From the NCBI GenBank assembly GCA_905178155.1, contig CAJINV010000004.1, positions 6,426,828 through 6,490,827 on the forward strand: 64,000 nt of DNA. The letters are read 5' to 3'. This DNA is from Amoebophrya sp. A120. Its lineage: Eukaryota; Protista; Dinoflagellata. The notes below the pieces were generated by a model. It was not told the DNA's origin, ran no database searches, and saw only the letters and a program-made list of their open reading frames with translations. Each line of letters begins with the position of its first letter. The stretch's first letter is position 1. A program made the translations under genes and the position numbers. Below are positions 35,936 through 60,226 of this stretch, one piece after another.

Positions 35936-36943
35936 ATGTCCTCAACATCGGCGCGGCCGCAGCGTGCCATTCTCGTGACCGGCGCGAACAAGGGAATCGG
36001 GTATGCAATTTGCGACAAGACGCTCGCCGACGCCGCGGACACCTTCGTCCTCCTTGGTTCGCGGAGCGCCGAGCGCGGCGAGGCCGCCGTGAAGCGGTTG
36101 CAGGAAAAGCACTCGCCGTCCCGGGTGCAGCTCCTGCTTCTGGACGTGCAGAGCAACAAAAGCGTGGCGCAGGCGAAGGACCAGGTCGCGGCGCTTCTGA
36201 AAACGCGGCAGGACCTCACACTTTGGGCCGTGGTGAACAACGCGGGCGGCACGGGTACCGGCCAGGGCCTGGGTTTTTCGGACGCGGACAGCTTTCGCCT
36301 CTGCCAGGACTTGAACTTCACCGGCTGCGTGCGCGTCACCGAAGCCTTTCTTCCGCTCCTGGAGAAGTTCGGCGGGTCGTCCCAAGCACTACCTAGAATT
36401 GTGAACATCAACTCCGGGGCCGGGCCGGGCTTCGTAAAAAACTGCAGCGCGGCGTACCAGCAGCTCCTGACCGACGCAGATAAGACGTTACACGACTTGA
36501 ATACCCTCGTGGACACGGGGGAGCAACTGCTGCGCCAGGACAACCCGCTGGAAGCCCTGAAGGCGGCGGGACTCGGCGCGGGCAGCTGGGGGATGACGCA
36601 AACGATGTACTACTACGGCTTCTCAAAAGCGTTGATGAACGCGTGGACCCGGCAGCTGGCGAAACGCACGAAGGGGCGCGTGCTGGTGAACTCCTGCTCC
36701 CCGGGCCTGGTGCACACCGACCTGACGCAGCCGTTTTGCGAAATTCGCCAGATGAACCCAGAGCAGATGAACATGCTGACGCCGGCGCAGGGCGCCAGGA
36801 CGCCGTGCCGCCTGCTGCTGGACCCCGCGGTGGACTTTACCGGCCGCTTCTACGGGTCCGACGGCCTGCGGTCGCCCTTCCACACCAGCCGCGACCCGGA
36901 CAAAGATCCCGAATACCAGGCTCCACCCGAAGAGGAGCTCTGA
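35936..36943 (+). CDS. short-chain dehydrogenase/reductase, carbonyl reductase-like
   Basis: TGANKGIG cofactor motif, VNNAG, YGFSK (YxxxK), VNSCSPGLVHTDL. Confidence 0.92.
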   Translation: MSSTSARPQRAILVTGANKGIGYAICDKTLADAADTFVLLGSRSAERGEAAVKRLQEKHSPSRVQLLLLDVQSNKSVAQAKDQVAALLKTRQDLTLWAVVNNAGGTGTGQGLGFSDADSFRLCQDLNFTGCVRVTEAFLPLLEKFGGSSQALPRIVNINSGAGPGFVKNCSAAYQQLLTDADKTLHDLNTLVDTGEQLLRQDNPLEALKAAGLGAGSWGMTQTMYYYGFSKALMNAWTRQLAKRTKGRVLVNSCSPGLVHTDLTQPFCEIRQMNPEQMNMLTPAQGARTPCRLLLDPAVDFTGRFYGSDGLRSPFHTSRDPDKDPEYQAPPEEEL

Positions 36944-37502
36944 GAAGCTGCGCCGGGCGAGGACTACAGATGGATTCGGGAAGCGTTGTCCTGGTTTCCG
37001 ACCGACTTTCTTAGCATCGGTGAAGGAAAAATGCACGGATCCGTCGCGACGAGTAAAGACTCTGCAATGTTATGAAGTAGTTGCTGCACCAGTGTGCTCG
37101 CTTTCAAAAAGTAAACTGTAAAAATCAGAGCGAAGCTGAACAATGCCTGACTTTAAGGTTGTAGTGTGTGTGTGTCATCTCTTACAGGCTGGCCATTGTG
37201 GTCCGTCCTGCTTGACACGTTCTGTTTCGCACTCTTTACGATGAGAACGGAGCCCTATTGTTCGTGATTGCTTCGTAATAGGAGTGTGATGAAAAGGGGA
37301 AAAAGCGAGATACGAGAAAAGTACTTCCAAATGACGAAAATTCAAATGAGCCGTATCCACCTGTTCTCTCTTGATGGGGTTGTACAATCTGATATGGCGC
37401 ACTGAATCAGTAGCGAAACAAGTACAGGAAAAGTAAGCCAGCCTGTCGCACTAGCCTCAGGCGCACATCAGCAAAACTACAGCTGCCGCTCTTGACAGAA
37501 TC

Positions 37503-40500
37503 ATGGAGCAGGGCTTACCACTTTCCCCTCTACCGGCGACCGACACCGTCGAGGACCTTAGCGGCGCGGCGCCGCAAACGTCGGTGCCCCTCCGTCTACC
37601 TGCTCCGCCTTTGCCAGACATCAAGACCGCGGAGCACGAACTACACCAGGGCCAAGAACACAACAACATGAACAACTCCACACACTACATACAGCTGCAG
37701 GACTGTTGTTCGGACGAAATCGATAACAAGGCCAACTACTTTCCGCCCTCCCGCAACCCCGAGCGGGCCCGCAGCGAGACCAGCGCGACGACGCCAACTC
37801 CCGGCGGGGCGAGCATTGCGGACTTTGTCGCCCAAAGGGAAAAGCAGGATCATGGAGAAGACAAATATAGTACAACTGGAACAAACGTAGTAAAAATCGA
37901 GCCCATTGACGTGGACTTTTTTGAAAACGACGTCTCGCCGAAGAAGAACTACAACATGACCGTCCTCGGCAAAAAGAACCCCTCCTGGGACGAAAACGGT
38001 TTTCGGTGGGTCTCGGTCGTTTCTATGGATTGTAAAGATGTCTGGGTCTGGAAGAATGCAGAAGTTTGTCATGCAGATTTTCCAAGACCCATGAGGTCTG
38101 TGATGCATGCCCTAGCATCAGAGACTCTGCGAGGGCTTTCTGATGCTCATACCGCATGAGAAATGCCCTCCCCGCGTAGCACAAATTGCACCTCTTATGC
38201 TGTTCATGCAATACAGATTTTATGTAGAGTCCAAAGGTAGCATCACAAGTTCCAACTTTCCAGACCCAGACACTTTTGCATTTCATAGTTTCCGTGGATG
38301 AGCAATCGGGTAGCAGCAATACACCAGTGGCTGGCGCCAATGCTACGACTGAGGAGATGAAGCTCGAGGAGGGTGATGTGCAGCAAACAGCAGAAAGTGA
38401 CAGCGGCGTAGGATCCAAAGAGGTTTTAATGACGAGCGGTCAAAGAAGCGAAGAACCTGGTGCACAAGAACATCATCTCCTCGAAACGACAAATCGCGGC
38501 TACGGTCAGGAGGTGCACCAGCTCGACGTGCAATTTTCCCGACCAGATGATCATGATGGCTCCCGCAAAATCAAAAACACGGAGAGGTCGAGCAGCAGCC
38601 CGGACTACGAGAAGGACTACACTTCTTGCGAAGACACGAAGAGTTGTGTGCTTCCTACTGCGGAGATGTTTAACAAACCTGCGAGCAGCAGCCCTTCCTC
38701 GGCAAAGACGATTGCAGCGACTTCTGGTACTGGAAGTGGTAGTACCTTTTTGACTGCAGAGGACGCCGCGTGGTCTGCGCTGACGGCTCCCGCCGCTCCG
38801 GGACTTGGGGCAACAGCAGTACCAGTTGTGCCGGGGGAAAATGAAAGCAAACCAGTCGAGGAACTACAGGTAATAAACAAGCCAAAAAACACACCTACGA
38901 GAACAACGTCGAACAAACCACCAGCATCTACTACTAGTACGGCCAACGTGAACACGATCTCTCTGCGCGAAACCGCCCTGCTCTTCGGTCGCCTGCTGTT
39001 CCAGAGCAAGGCGAACACAAAAACTTCTACGGCTTCAGCGGATAACTGCGGCAAGGGGGGTTCCTCGTCCGCGGAGGGACAGAAAGAAGTTGCGTCTAAC
39101 CTTTGTGGTGATCAACGATCAGTAGGAGAAAGTAGTATTAGCATCCGTGGTCCAGCAGGAGGGTCTGCTCTTGTACAGGAAAAAACGGAAGAAAAGAATG
39201 AGCATCAAGCCGTGGGTGTGGACAGACACGAGTGCAAAACTGGAGGTAGTGCAGTAGGTAACAACGCGCCGTCGCAAAGCGCCTCTCGTGCAAAATCTCC
39301 AGACGACAGGGCGCTCTCGCGTTCGTCTTCTAGAGCCTCCGATCGCACCAGCCGTAGCCGCAGCTCCATACTCTCCACCTCTCGCAGTCGTACAACAAGC
39401 AGAAGCTCCTCGTCGCGAGGATCTCAAAAGCAAAACGAAGCGATGGTGACCCAGACTTCTCCACGTACTAACAGTCGCCGCTCCATTCCAGGTTTAGCGA
39501 CACAACAAGCCGCGTCGACGCCGGCCACCACTGGTAATAATTGTAATTCCGAGCAGGGACAACTTCTACAGATGCACGTCGAGGACCAAGAGCTGCAGAG
39601 CCGCAACTTGAGCGGCGTTTCCCTCGACGAAAACAACGCGTTTTCCTCCCTGCGAACCACGGAAAATGAGGAGAAGAAGAACAACCAGACAAAAGACCGG
39701 CAGAAGGAGCTGCACAGAGGTCTCCACTACACAACCTCGCGCACCAGACGTCGTACCTGCAGCCGGGAGCGGAGCTGGACACGGTCGCTTTCTACGAGTC
39801 GGAGCTGTAGTTCTTCTTACGACAACTATCACGGTAGTAGCAGTAGTAGTAGCAGAGAACATCAAAACTACCGGCGCAGGAGCAGGAGTAGAGATCGCTA
39901 TCGCTTCTCCACGAACCGCCGGGGGCACCAGCACCGCTCGCGAAGTCAAAATGCAACTTCCGCCCGTAGAGGAGGACGAGAAGAGAGTGGGAATGGGAAA
40001 CACAAACACCCACGCAGCAGGCAAACCAAGACGAAGACAAACAACTACCAGAGCAGGCACTTCACGAAGGGAAAAGATGCGGCGCCAAAGCTGCAGAAAA
40101 CAAACGACGGCGCAAACAAGAAACAAACCATCAAAAACGGTAAGAACTCCCGCGGGAACAACAGGAACAACCGAAGGAAAAAGGGGAAGAAGAATAACAA
40201 TCGGAACAATATTATGTTGAAAAACACGACGGACGACACTTCCGCACCAGATCAGCAAAATCTACTTCGGCCGCACATCAATAAAATGAACACAAATACA
40301 ACTAGCAAGCAAACTCTGAAATCCCCGGCGCAAATTCTGTTGCGGCTCTTGACCACCGCCACGAACATCGAGCCTGCAGTGAAAGCAACGCGGAGTAGTT
40401 TCAGTTCGAATAAGACCGCAGAAGAGTGGTTGCGCAAAAACGTTCCGAAGCAATTTTGCGAACAGTTGTGCACCCGAGTGGAGGCGAAAGCGGCGCTGCG

Positions 40501-40678
40501 TAATGAAAACGAGGGTGAGCAAGGAACAAGTCGCTCCTCAGGTACGAACTCCAGTCGCGTTGATGTCTTTGAGCGGTTGCTGGCGCAGGTGGGGAAAAAC
40601 GCGGATTTTTTTGACGAGGTGTTCCGCTCGGTAAACTGGGTGCTGGTTTCGAAAAAGAAGGAGGAGGAGGGAAAGTGA
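37503..40678 (+). CDS. large low-complexity Ser/Arg/Lys/Asn-rich hypothetical protein
   Basis: Two ORFs joined in frame (VVS-VDEQ) by removing introner 38024-38287; RS-rich stretch. Confidence 0.75.
38024..38287. mobile_element. introner, family A
   Basis: TSD GTTTC. Confidence 0.92.
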
Positions 40679-41790
40679 GGGAGGTCGGCAACAGTACATT
40701 TTTTTTGCGTGATCTTGACAAAGTGTTTTTTGCCAATGCATCGACCCCGTTTCTTGCAACGGGTTTTGATTTGAAGGTGGATCCTACCCATACGGCACGA
40801 ATGTTTAGTACACCAGTATTCCATGTAAATTTATTAGCAGCATTGTTGCGGCCAACATCAACATGACATACGGTCTGCCTTTGGGCTTCTCCATAGCTGC
40901 ATCCTTCATGTGTCTTTTTAAAACTGATTGGTTTCATCTGTTTCGCTTTTCCATAGATTTCCACAACATAGAACGCACCTGTTTTCGTACGACTGCCATG
41001 CGGTCAATTTGTCTCATTTCACAAATGTCAGAAATTATTTGTCCTGAATTTTTTGGAAGAAAAAAACCTTACGAGATGATAAGCGACGCTGCAGAAGGAA
41101 AGCTTGTAATTTGAAGTAGAAACCGTGTTCCGCAGTACTGCAACAGAGTCAGAGATTTCAGCAGCGATTTCGTACGAATTTGTAAAGTAGGCTCCAAGAG
41201 AAAGAAAAACAGCCCTGCTTCGGTCCTAACGTGCGTGCAAGTTGTCCACGATGAATCGGTGCGTGAGATACTTACGTTACTATGGTGCCGTGCGTGCTGC
41301 CATCCTCGTACGAAGGCCAACGGCTAATCTATCGGTCTGCACCGTGCAACTTGAATAGCTTCTTTCGGCCGATTTCGTTCACAATACTCAACCGTCGTAC
41401 AGCACACACAACGTATGGAAAGCCACAAGGTCGGTATAGAAATACCGCAGTGTCTTTGCTCTGCGAGCATATCGAATGAAAAAAACTTGGTAAAACTGTC
41501 CCCTCCAGTGCTACGTAGCTTCCCAAGTCTGTGTTGTTTGCCTTCGGGAGTACAACCTGCAGGCTGTAGTTCTTTCTAAGCGTTAGTTTATGAACCCAAT
41601 AATTTCTGTATAAGCAGTACCCGAATAAAGCCATTCTGTAAGAAGATTGGGACAACACGCGGGATAAAGAACGAAAATGGCCCCTGCCAGATCGAATAAA
41701 TCTACAAGGAAGTCTCCTACCACGCTGGCGGTCTCAACATCTCCTTCACCAGCATCACACCAGCGAGAAGCAACGAAGGCAAATATTAAA

Positions 41791-44700
41791 ATGTCGTCCT
41801 CTACTTTCACCGCCCGCGCGGCCCGCGCCACCCGAACCGTCGCGAGGACCTGCTGCCCGAAACTTTGGAATACTTTCCTCACGATGCAGAGGTACGCGAT
41901 GCGAGGCGGCAGACAGGAGGTGCTGGCCAATATCCCGGAAGAGGCGAAGAAAACTTCCGTGCAGTGGAGAAAAAACAGGAGACATCAAGTGGCAAAAACT
42001 ACAAGTTCCGCCGCGAAAACAAAATCGCTCCTCGCTCTCGGCACCCAAATTCTCTCCGCCTACCTGGTATTCAGCGGCGCGCAGGTCTTCAGCGCTGAGT
42101 TCGGAAACACGGGCGAGCTCGTGACGGTATAGATACAGAGGGTTTTGCCATCTTGTGATAATCATCTTTTCATCTCTGCGACGATGATCATGATTTCGTT
42201 TTGGCCACACGTAGTTCGCTTTCATCGCATTTTGCTGAGGCTCTTTGACGTTTTGTTTCCCTTGCCAGAATTCACTATAGACGCTGCAAGAATGAATAAA
42301 CCATCCATATCCAAACCTCTACCACAGGTTCTCGAGGACAAGCCAAAATTTTCTTTCGTTTCCCTCGCGGTCTCGGCGATGTTGCTTGGGAGTTTCGCTT
42401 TTATGATGGCCATGTTTTACCTCGTGAACCACCCGGATGAGGATATGAAGCGGTACTCCTGGCAAGTCATCTCCGCAACCATTTCAATTTTCATCGCGGT
42501 GCTCACGTTCCAGGTATAGAGCCGTGTTTCATTATTTTATTTGCATTTTTACAACTACATCATGCTAGAACGCGTTTGTATTGCTGATTATCGCATGACA
42601 ACAAATGAAATTTTATTCAATTTTCAAGTGGATGATCGAAAAGTCCTGTAGCAAAAATACAAATCCTGCAAAAAAATAAAAACCTCTCTTATTTCTCCTA
42701 CGTATCACAGGGCATAGACAACACACTGGTGAACGCGATCATCACGGAGCAGGGCGGCATCCGGCACTTACTCCTCGATTTCACGCAGCAGTTTTGTTGG
42801 TTCTGGATCCTCCAGTTCGCCCTCGGCAAGGCCACCGGCGCGCTCGGCGGGGGCGGGGACGAGGACGAGGAGGACGAGACCAAGGGGGAAAACCCGGACG
42901 AAGTGTGGCTCACCGAGGAGGAGAAGGAAGAAATCGAACTGCTGGTCATGTTTTGGGGCACGTTGATCGCGCACATCAACGGGTTCGCGGCGATTAACTC
43001 CTTTTCCGACTTGCAGCAGTTATCTTTTTATGCATTGCAAAAGCATCGTACTAGTACGAATTGCATTACAAGCTGTTGCAGAATGAAAAATGCATTTTGT
43101 AATGCGGATCTAGCTATAGAAACTAGACTTGTCATGCTGTGCTGCAATTAGGTTGTACGAGTGCGATACTTTTGCAGTCAATACCTTTTTCGCCCAGTCC
43201 CCCTTCCACGCCATTCTCACCGTCCCGATCGCGTTCTGCGTCATTGTCGGGTTGTTCCACCTACTCGATTCGTATCGGGAGCGGCTGGCGCTGCTCGATG
43301 GCCACAAGGATGACCGCGAATACATGTGGGACGCGGAGGCCGAGGAGTGCGAGAATGACGTGGCTGGTAGAAAAATTTTTTCGTTATTTGCATTGGTTCT
43401 ATAGTCTCTCATAGTACCTCTTTACAGTCATCTTCACAGGGGCTATTTAACTTGTTTTTGATGCACTCGCGGCCATTGCGGAAACAAAGTCAAGGATCAC
43501 GAACAACAATCTATAAGGATTGCCCAAAAGCTGCTAGTAAACGATGACCACCATAATCCCACAATGAATATTAAACAGGTCTCTGCCTTTCCTTCTTAAC
43601 TGCCCAAGCCGTGACTTTCTCCACCGTCGGCATCATCCCGGATAGCGAGGGTGAACTCGAGCACCTCGGCGACATCACGGGGGAAATGTACATTGTGCAG
43701 TTCATTTGGTGCCTGGTGTTCATGGCCATTTCCGTGCTGGTCACCCGGCTCTGCTCCTACCTGCAGCCGGAGGAGGAGTCGTTCCAGGAGCGGATTTATG
43801 CACTGCAAAATTATCGTACTCGTAGTAATCGCAACTATGCATTACAAATCTACTTGTTAAGGTAAAGCCGCATGACAAATTTGATTTGTCATGCTGAGCC
43901 AATTTGTATTGCGATTTCTACTAGTACGATGCTTTTGCCGTGCATAGGAGTCTCGGTGTGATGAACAACTGGAGCTGCATGTCCTTTTCCTGGACGACGT
44001 ATCCTCAGCAAAAAAGTCCCCACCCCAGAGTTGTCATGCAAATGTGGAATTGACGGGAACATTTGTAATGCGCATCTCCATGAGAGGCATTTCTAGTCGT
44101 GTTTTGGCATTTGTAATGCTTGAAACAGGATGAGAAAATGGCTTTCTCATGCGGCTTTCCTTGCTAGCCAGCACTACATCGCAGCTAGAAACTTGTCATG
44201 CAGAACTCCCAAAACTTGGAAATTTGTGTTGCCGATTTCTCATCTTGACTATTGGGTGTGGATGTTTTTACACAGCATACGACGCTGATGTTGTTCCGGT
44301 GGTGCATGTTCTACATCGGATTGGGGGAAGACCCGGTGTTCTTCAAGGTCGGGGTGGCCCTCTGCGCGTCCTGTGTCGCGTTTCTCCTGATCACGGCCCT
44401 GGACAATTTGTCCGATGGGGATTTCACTTCTGACCAGGTGGACAAAGCGTTGCGGCAGATGATCCTGGCTCTTGCAATCCTCGTCGGGTTCGGGTGGGAA
44501 CAGTCGTTTGACGTGGGTGTGGAGGCGTTGTCCGACAAAATCGCGATTTTCGGGAGCCACGGCTTGGCCAAGTTCCTAATGACGGTGTTCCTGCTCGTCA
44601 TCGTCGCGCCGGCGTGGAAAATATGGATTGCAAATATGTCTGGGTCTGGGAGGTAATGGATGCGAGATTTTTCATGCTAGTCTGGCATGACTCTGGGATC

Positions 44701-45438
44701 TGTATTGCGTGGCAGCTTAGGGCTCCTCTTGCCTGTCATACAAACACGCAGTTTCTCATGCGGAATTATACGCAACACAGAACCATGAAAAAACTTGTCA
44801 TGCTTGGCGGCGCATTACAGTGTGGTTATTATTCGGTGACCTGCATCACAACCTTCCAGACCCAGACACATTTGCATTTGATACAAAATTTACATCATTC
44901 CGACCTACTTCCGCTTACAGGAGGAGCACGACGACGCCAGGGAAGAAGCGCAGAAAGTTTACGACGAAATCACGGGGTATTTATGTTTTATTGTAATCAT
45001 GCATTACAAATCTTTCTCTAAAGGTAAATCAGCATTACAAATTTTATTTCTCATGCCGAGAAAATTTGTAATGCATTTATACGAGTGCGATACTTTTGCG
45101 TAGGTATAGAAAGTATGGGCAGGAACTTTCTGGTTGTACTATGTAGAAGTAGAGCCGCGGGTTTGGTTCTTGCGTACGCAATCCACAATTTTAAAACTAT
45201 CAGGCACGATGACGACTACCACCGGTTTGAAGGCATCCCCACCAGTTTCCATGATGAGTATGGCAAGCTGAAGGACGAGCTCGAGCGCAAGCGACAGGAG
45301 GCTGAGCGGCTGGCGCTGGAGGAATTGCACGAGAAGTACGACATCAAAAACATCATTCAAGCGGCCGAAACCGAGAAGCGGGAGCGACAACAGCAAGCGC
45401 AAGCGGCGGCAGAAAAGAGCGGCTTGAAAAAGAAGTAG
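41791..45438 (+). CDS. multi-pass membrane hypothetical protein
   Basis: Many TM helices; exons join across 4 introners and GT-AG introns (42127-42327, 42514-42710, about 43366-43578, 44977-45203). Start could be 41677. Confidence 0.8.
43029..43183. mobile_element. introner, family C
   Basis: TSD CTTTT/CCTTT; restores QLSFFAQSPF. Confidence 0.87.
43797..43946. mobile_element. introner, family C
   Basis: TSD GGATT/GGAGT. Confidence 0.87.
44000..44279. mobile_element. introner, family B
   Basis: TSD CGACG. Confidence 0.9.
44622..44883. mobile_element. introner, family A
   Basis: TSD GAAAA/CAAAA; restores AWKIYIIP. Confidence 0.9.
44978..45108. mobile_element. decayed family C introner inside a GT-AG intron
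   Basis: Right TIR TACGAGTGCGATACTTTTGC and internal motifs retained; left TIR eroded; no matching TSD. Confidence 0.65.
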
Positions 45439-46899
45439 TCACTTCTTTTTCTATACCGCTTGAAGAGATTTATTGCGATCATCAATTATTTTATCGGGTT
45501 CTTATTTTCAGAAATAAAAGTTTGCTCAAGTTGTGGGGTGCAAATGCATAATATGCAATTTTTATCCGGCGGTAGAAGAGGGGAAGAAGTGGTGGCACTA
45601 CAGAGATTCGGACGCAAAGATGAACACCGCCTTGTGCTTGTGTCTTTTTTTTGATGCAAAAACTTGTACAGTCGTAAGCAGGCCGTGCTGATTTGTCGTG
45701 TCACTACCCAAAAAAAAGCGAGAAATGTACGGCCTCTCTTGTATAAATGCCCTCAAAACCAAACTTCTTTAACCATTTATCTTCGTTTCAGCCTTTCAAT
45801 TTGTCACTAGTATGAATGTGTTTCAAGGACGTTCGTTTCGAAAATAGCAGGTAGACTTTTTCAAACCATTTAGGACCAGCAGAAGTAAAAGTGGGCAGAA
45901 CAGCGATGCGGGCTGCGGGCTTCCGAGCCACTTCAATGTTCTTGTAAGTAAGCCCCTTCGAAGAAGTTCAGCGACGGCAGATTGTTACTTCTTCATCCAG
46001 TTGCGCGTTCAAAATCAAATTCTTTCAAACAGGAAGCAAAATGTAGAAAGAAATGCAGCTTTGTATATTTTCTTTTTGATTAGAATGTAACATACGACAA
46101 GATAGAATAGCAACTGTAAAAACTACAAGTTCAGAATATGAAATTGGTCAAAAGAATCGACGAGCCTGTATCGAAAACTTGAAGAAGTCGAAGAGCAAAA
46201 ATCAAAAAAAATGCGCTATGGATTACAATAACTACGTTGTATGCCATTTACTACAAGTTGAACGGTGTTCCGGAACGAACTTCCTGTGCGCGATGAAATA
46301 AGAAACACCGTAGCACACGCTTGATATTTTGTGTGATCAGACGTGCCACTTATTTTATGCGAAGGAAAAACCAATGATTTTTACCGAGGGTCACACGATA
46401 CCAAGGAAGAAGATTTTGTAAGTATACTATCCTGATGCGAGAAAGTTGAGTTTCATGACACGTTCGAAAAATGTAGATTTCCTTTCAGTTCCCCAAAATA
46501 TTTTTCGCTGGAAAGCTTTTTCCTTCCCTTTTTGCTAGTCATTTGCAGATCTTTTCCATGGGTAATTATACCAGCCCGCCCCATTTTCACCCCGTAATAA
46601 AGCTGGATTTGGACAACTTTCAAAAGAACGTTTGGACGATCACTCTCGGCAAAACAGGCGACAAGTTTAATGTTGAAGATCCTCTGTAGCTGAAGCTTTT
46701 TTGGTACTACAAGTAAATGAAAGACCACATGAAGTAGGCCTCAAGCTGATTCTTGTTTCCACCCTAGGACTACGTACTAGCGACACACATTGTATTCATG
46801 GTACTATTAAACACAATACCAATGTGCTGAAAAAGACTAGACAACCAGAAATTTTAATCGACTGAAGTTTATTTTCCACCACGACCCCTCATAGAAGCC

Positions 46900-59523
<12,624 letters not shown>

Positions 59524-60226
59524 AAGAGAGGGGGAAGAGAACGATGCCTGCTATGTATTTCTGGTGGTTGGACTTGGCTCTTTCTTCTGGCTCTGCGGAA
59601 GAAGGTCCTGGTCATCAGTTGTACTTAGGAATTTCCTCTCGCAGCAGTACCGAAAAGCGAAGATCATGTGCGGAGCAGCAGTTTTGGATCTTCACTTATT
59701 TATTTTCGTGAAGAAATTATACTTCGTATCTTATCCTCAGACTTCATTTATCGGCGACACTCAAGAACAAGCAAAAACTATATTTCATTTGTGTTTCGAG
59801 GATTGACATTGCCATTGATGAGCCACATCAGCGATTTGTCGCTTTATTTCACCATCCCCGAGTCTGTACGACATGGTCGTGGAAACAAAATATTTAAGAT
59901 GAAAAGCAAAGAATCCGTCTGTGCTCTACTCACGGGGTACAGGGTATGCAGCCGCGGGTGTGTTTTCTATCTCTGTCCACGGGTTACGAGGTCGTGTGAG
60001 ATGAGCACAAGAAGAAGTGGAAAAGTAGCACAGCACGAGCGGATTTTTCACAACTCGTAGGCGAACGAAAAATTCAAATTTCAGAGCGGAGTGTCAGGTG
60101 GAGATTTGCTGTATGTCAGTGTAGTTGCTTTCAACTCGTAACATAATAATTCTGTCGTCCTCGCTTGAAGTTGTTTTCAAAATTCGCCTTGTTCAAATTC
60201 ATCCAAAGAACCTGACTTGAAAAACC

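Noticed and set aside
38617-40824. Long antisense ORFs over GC-rich genes
   Set aside because: Shadow frames of real coding sequence on the opposite strand.
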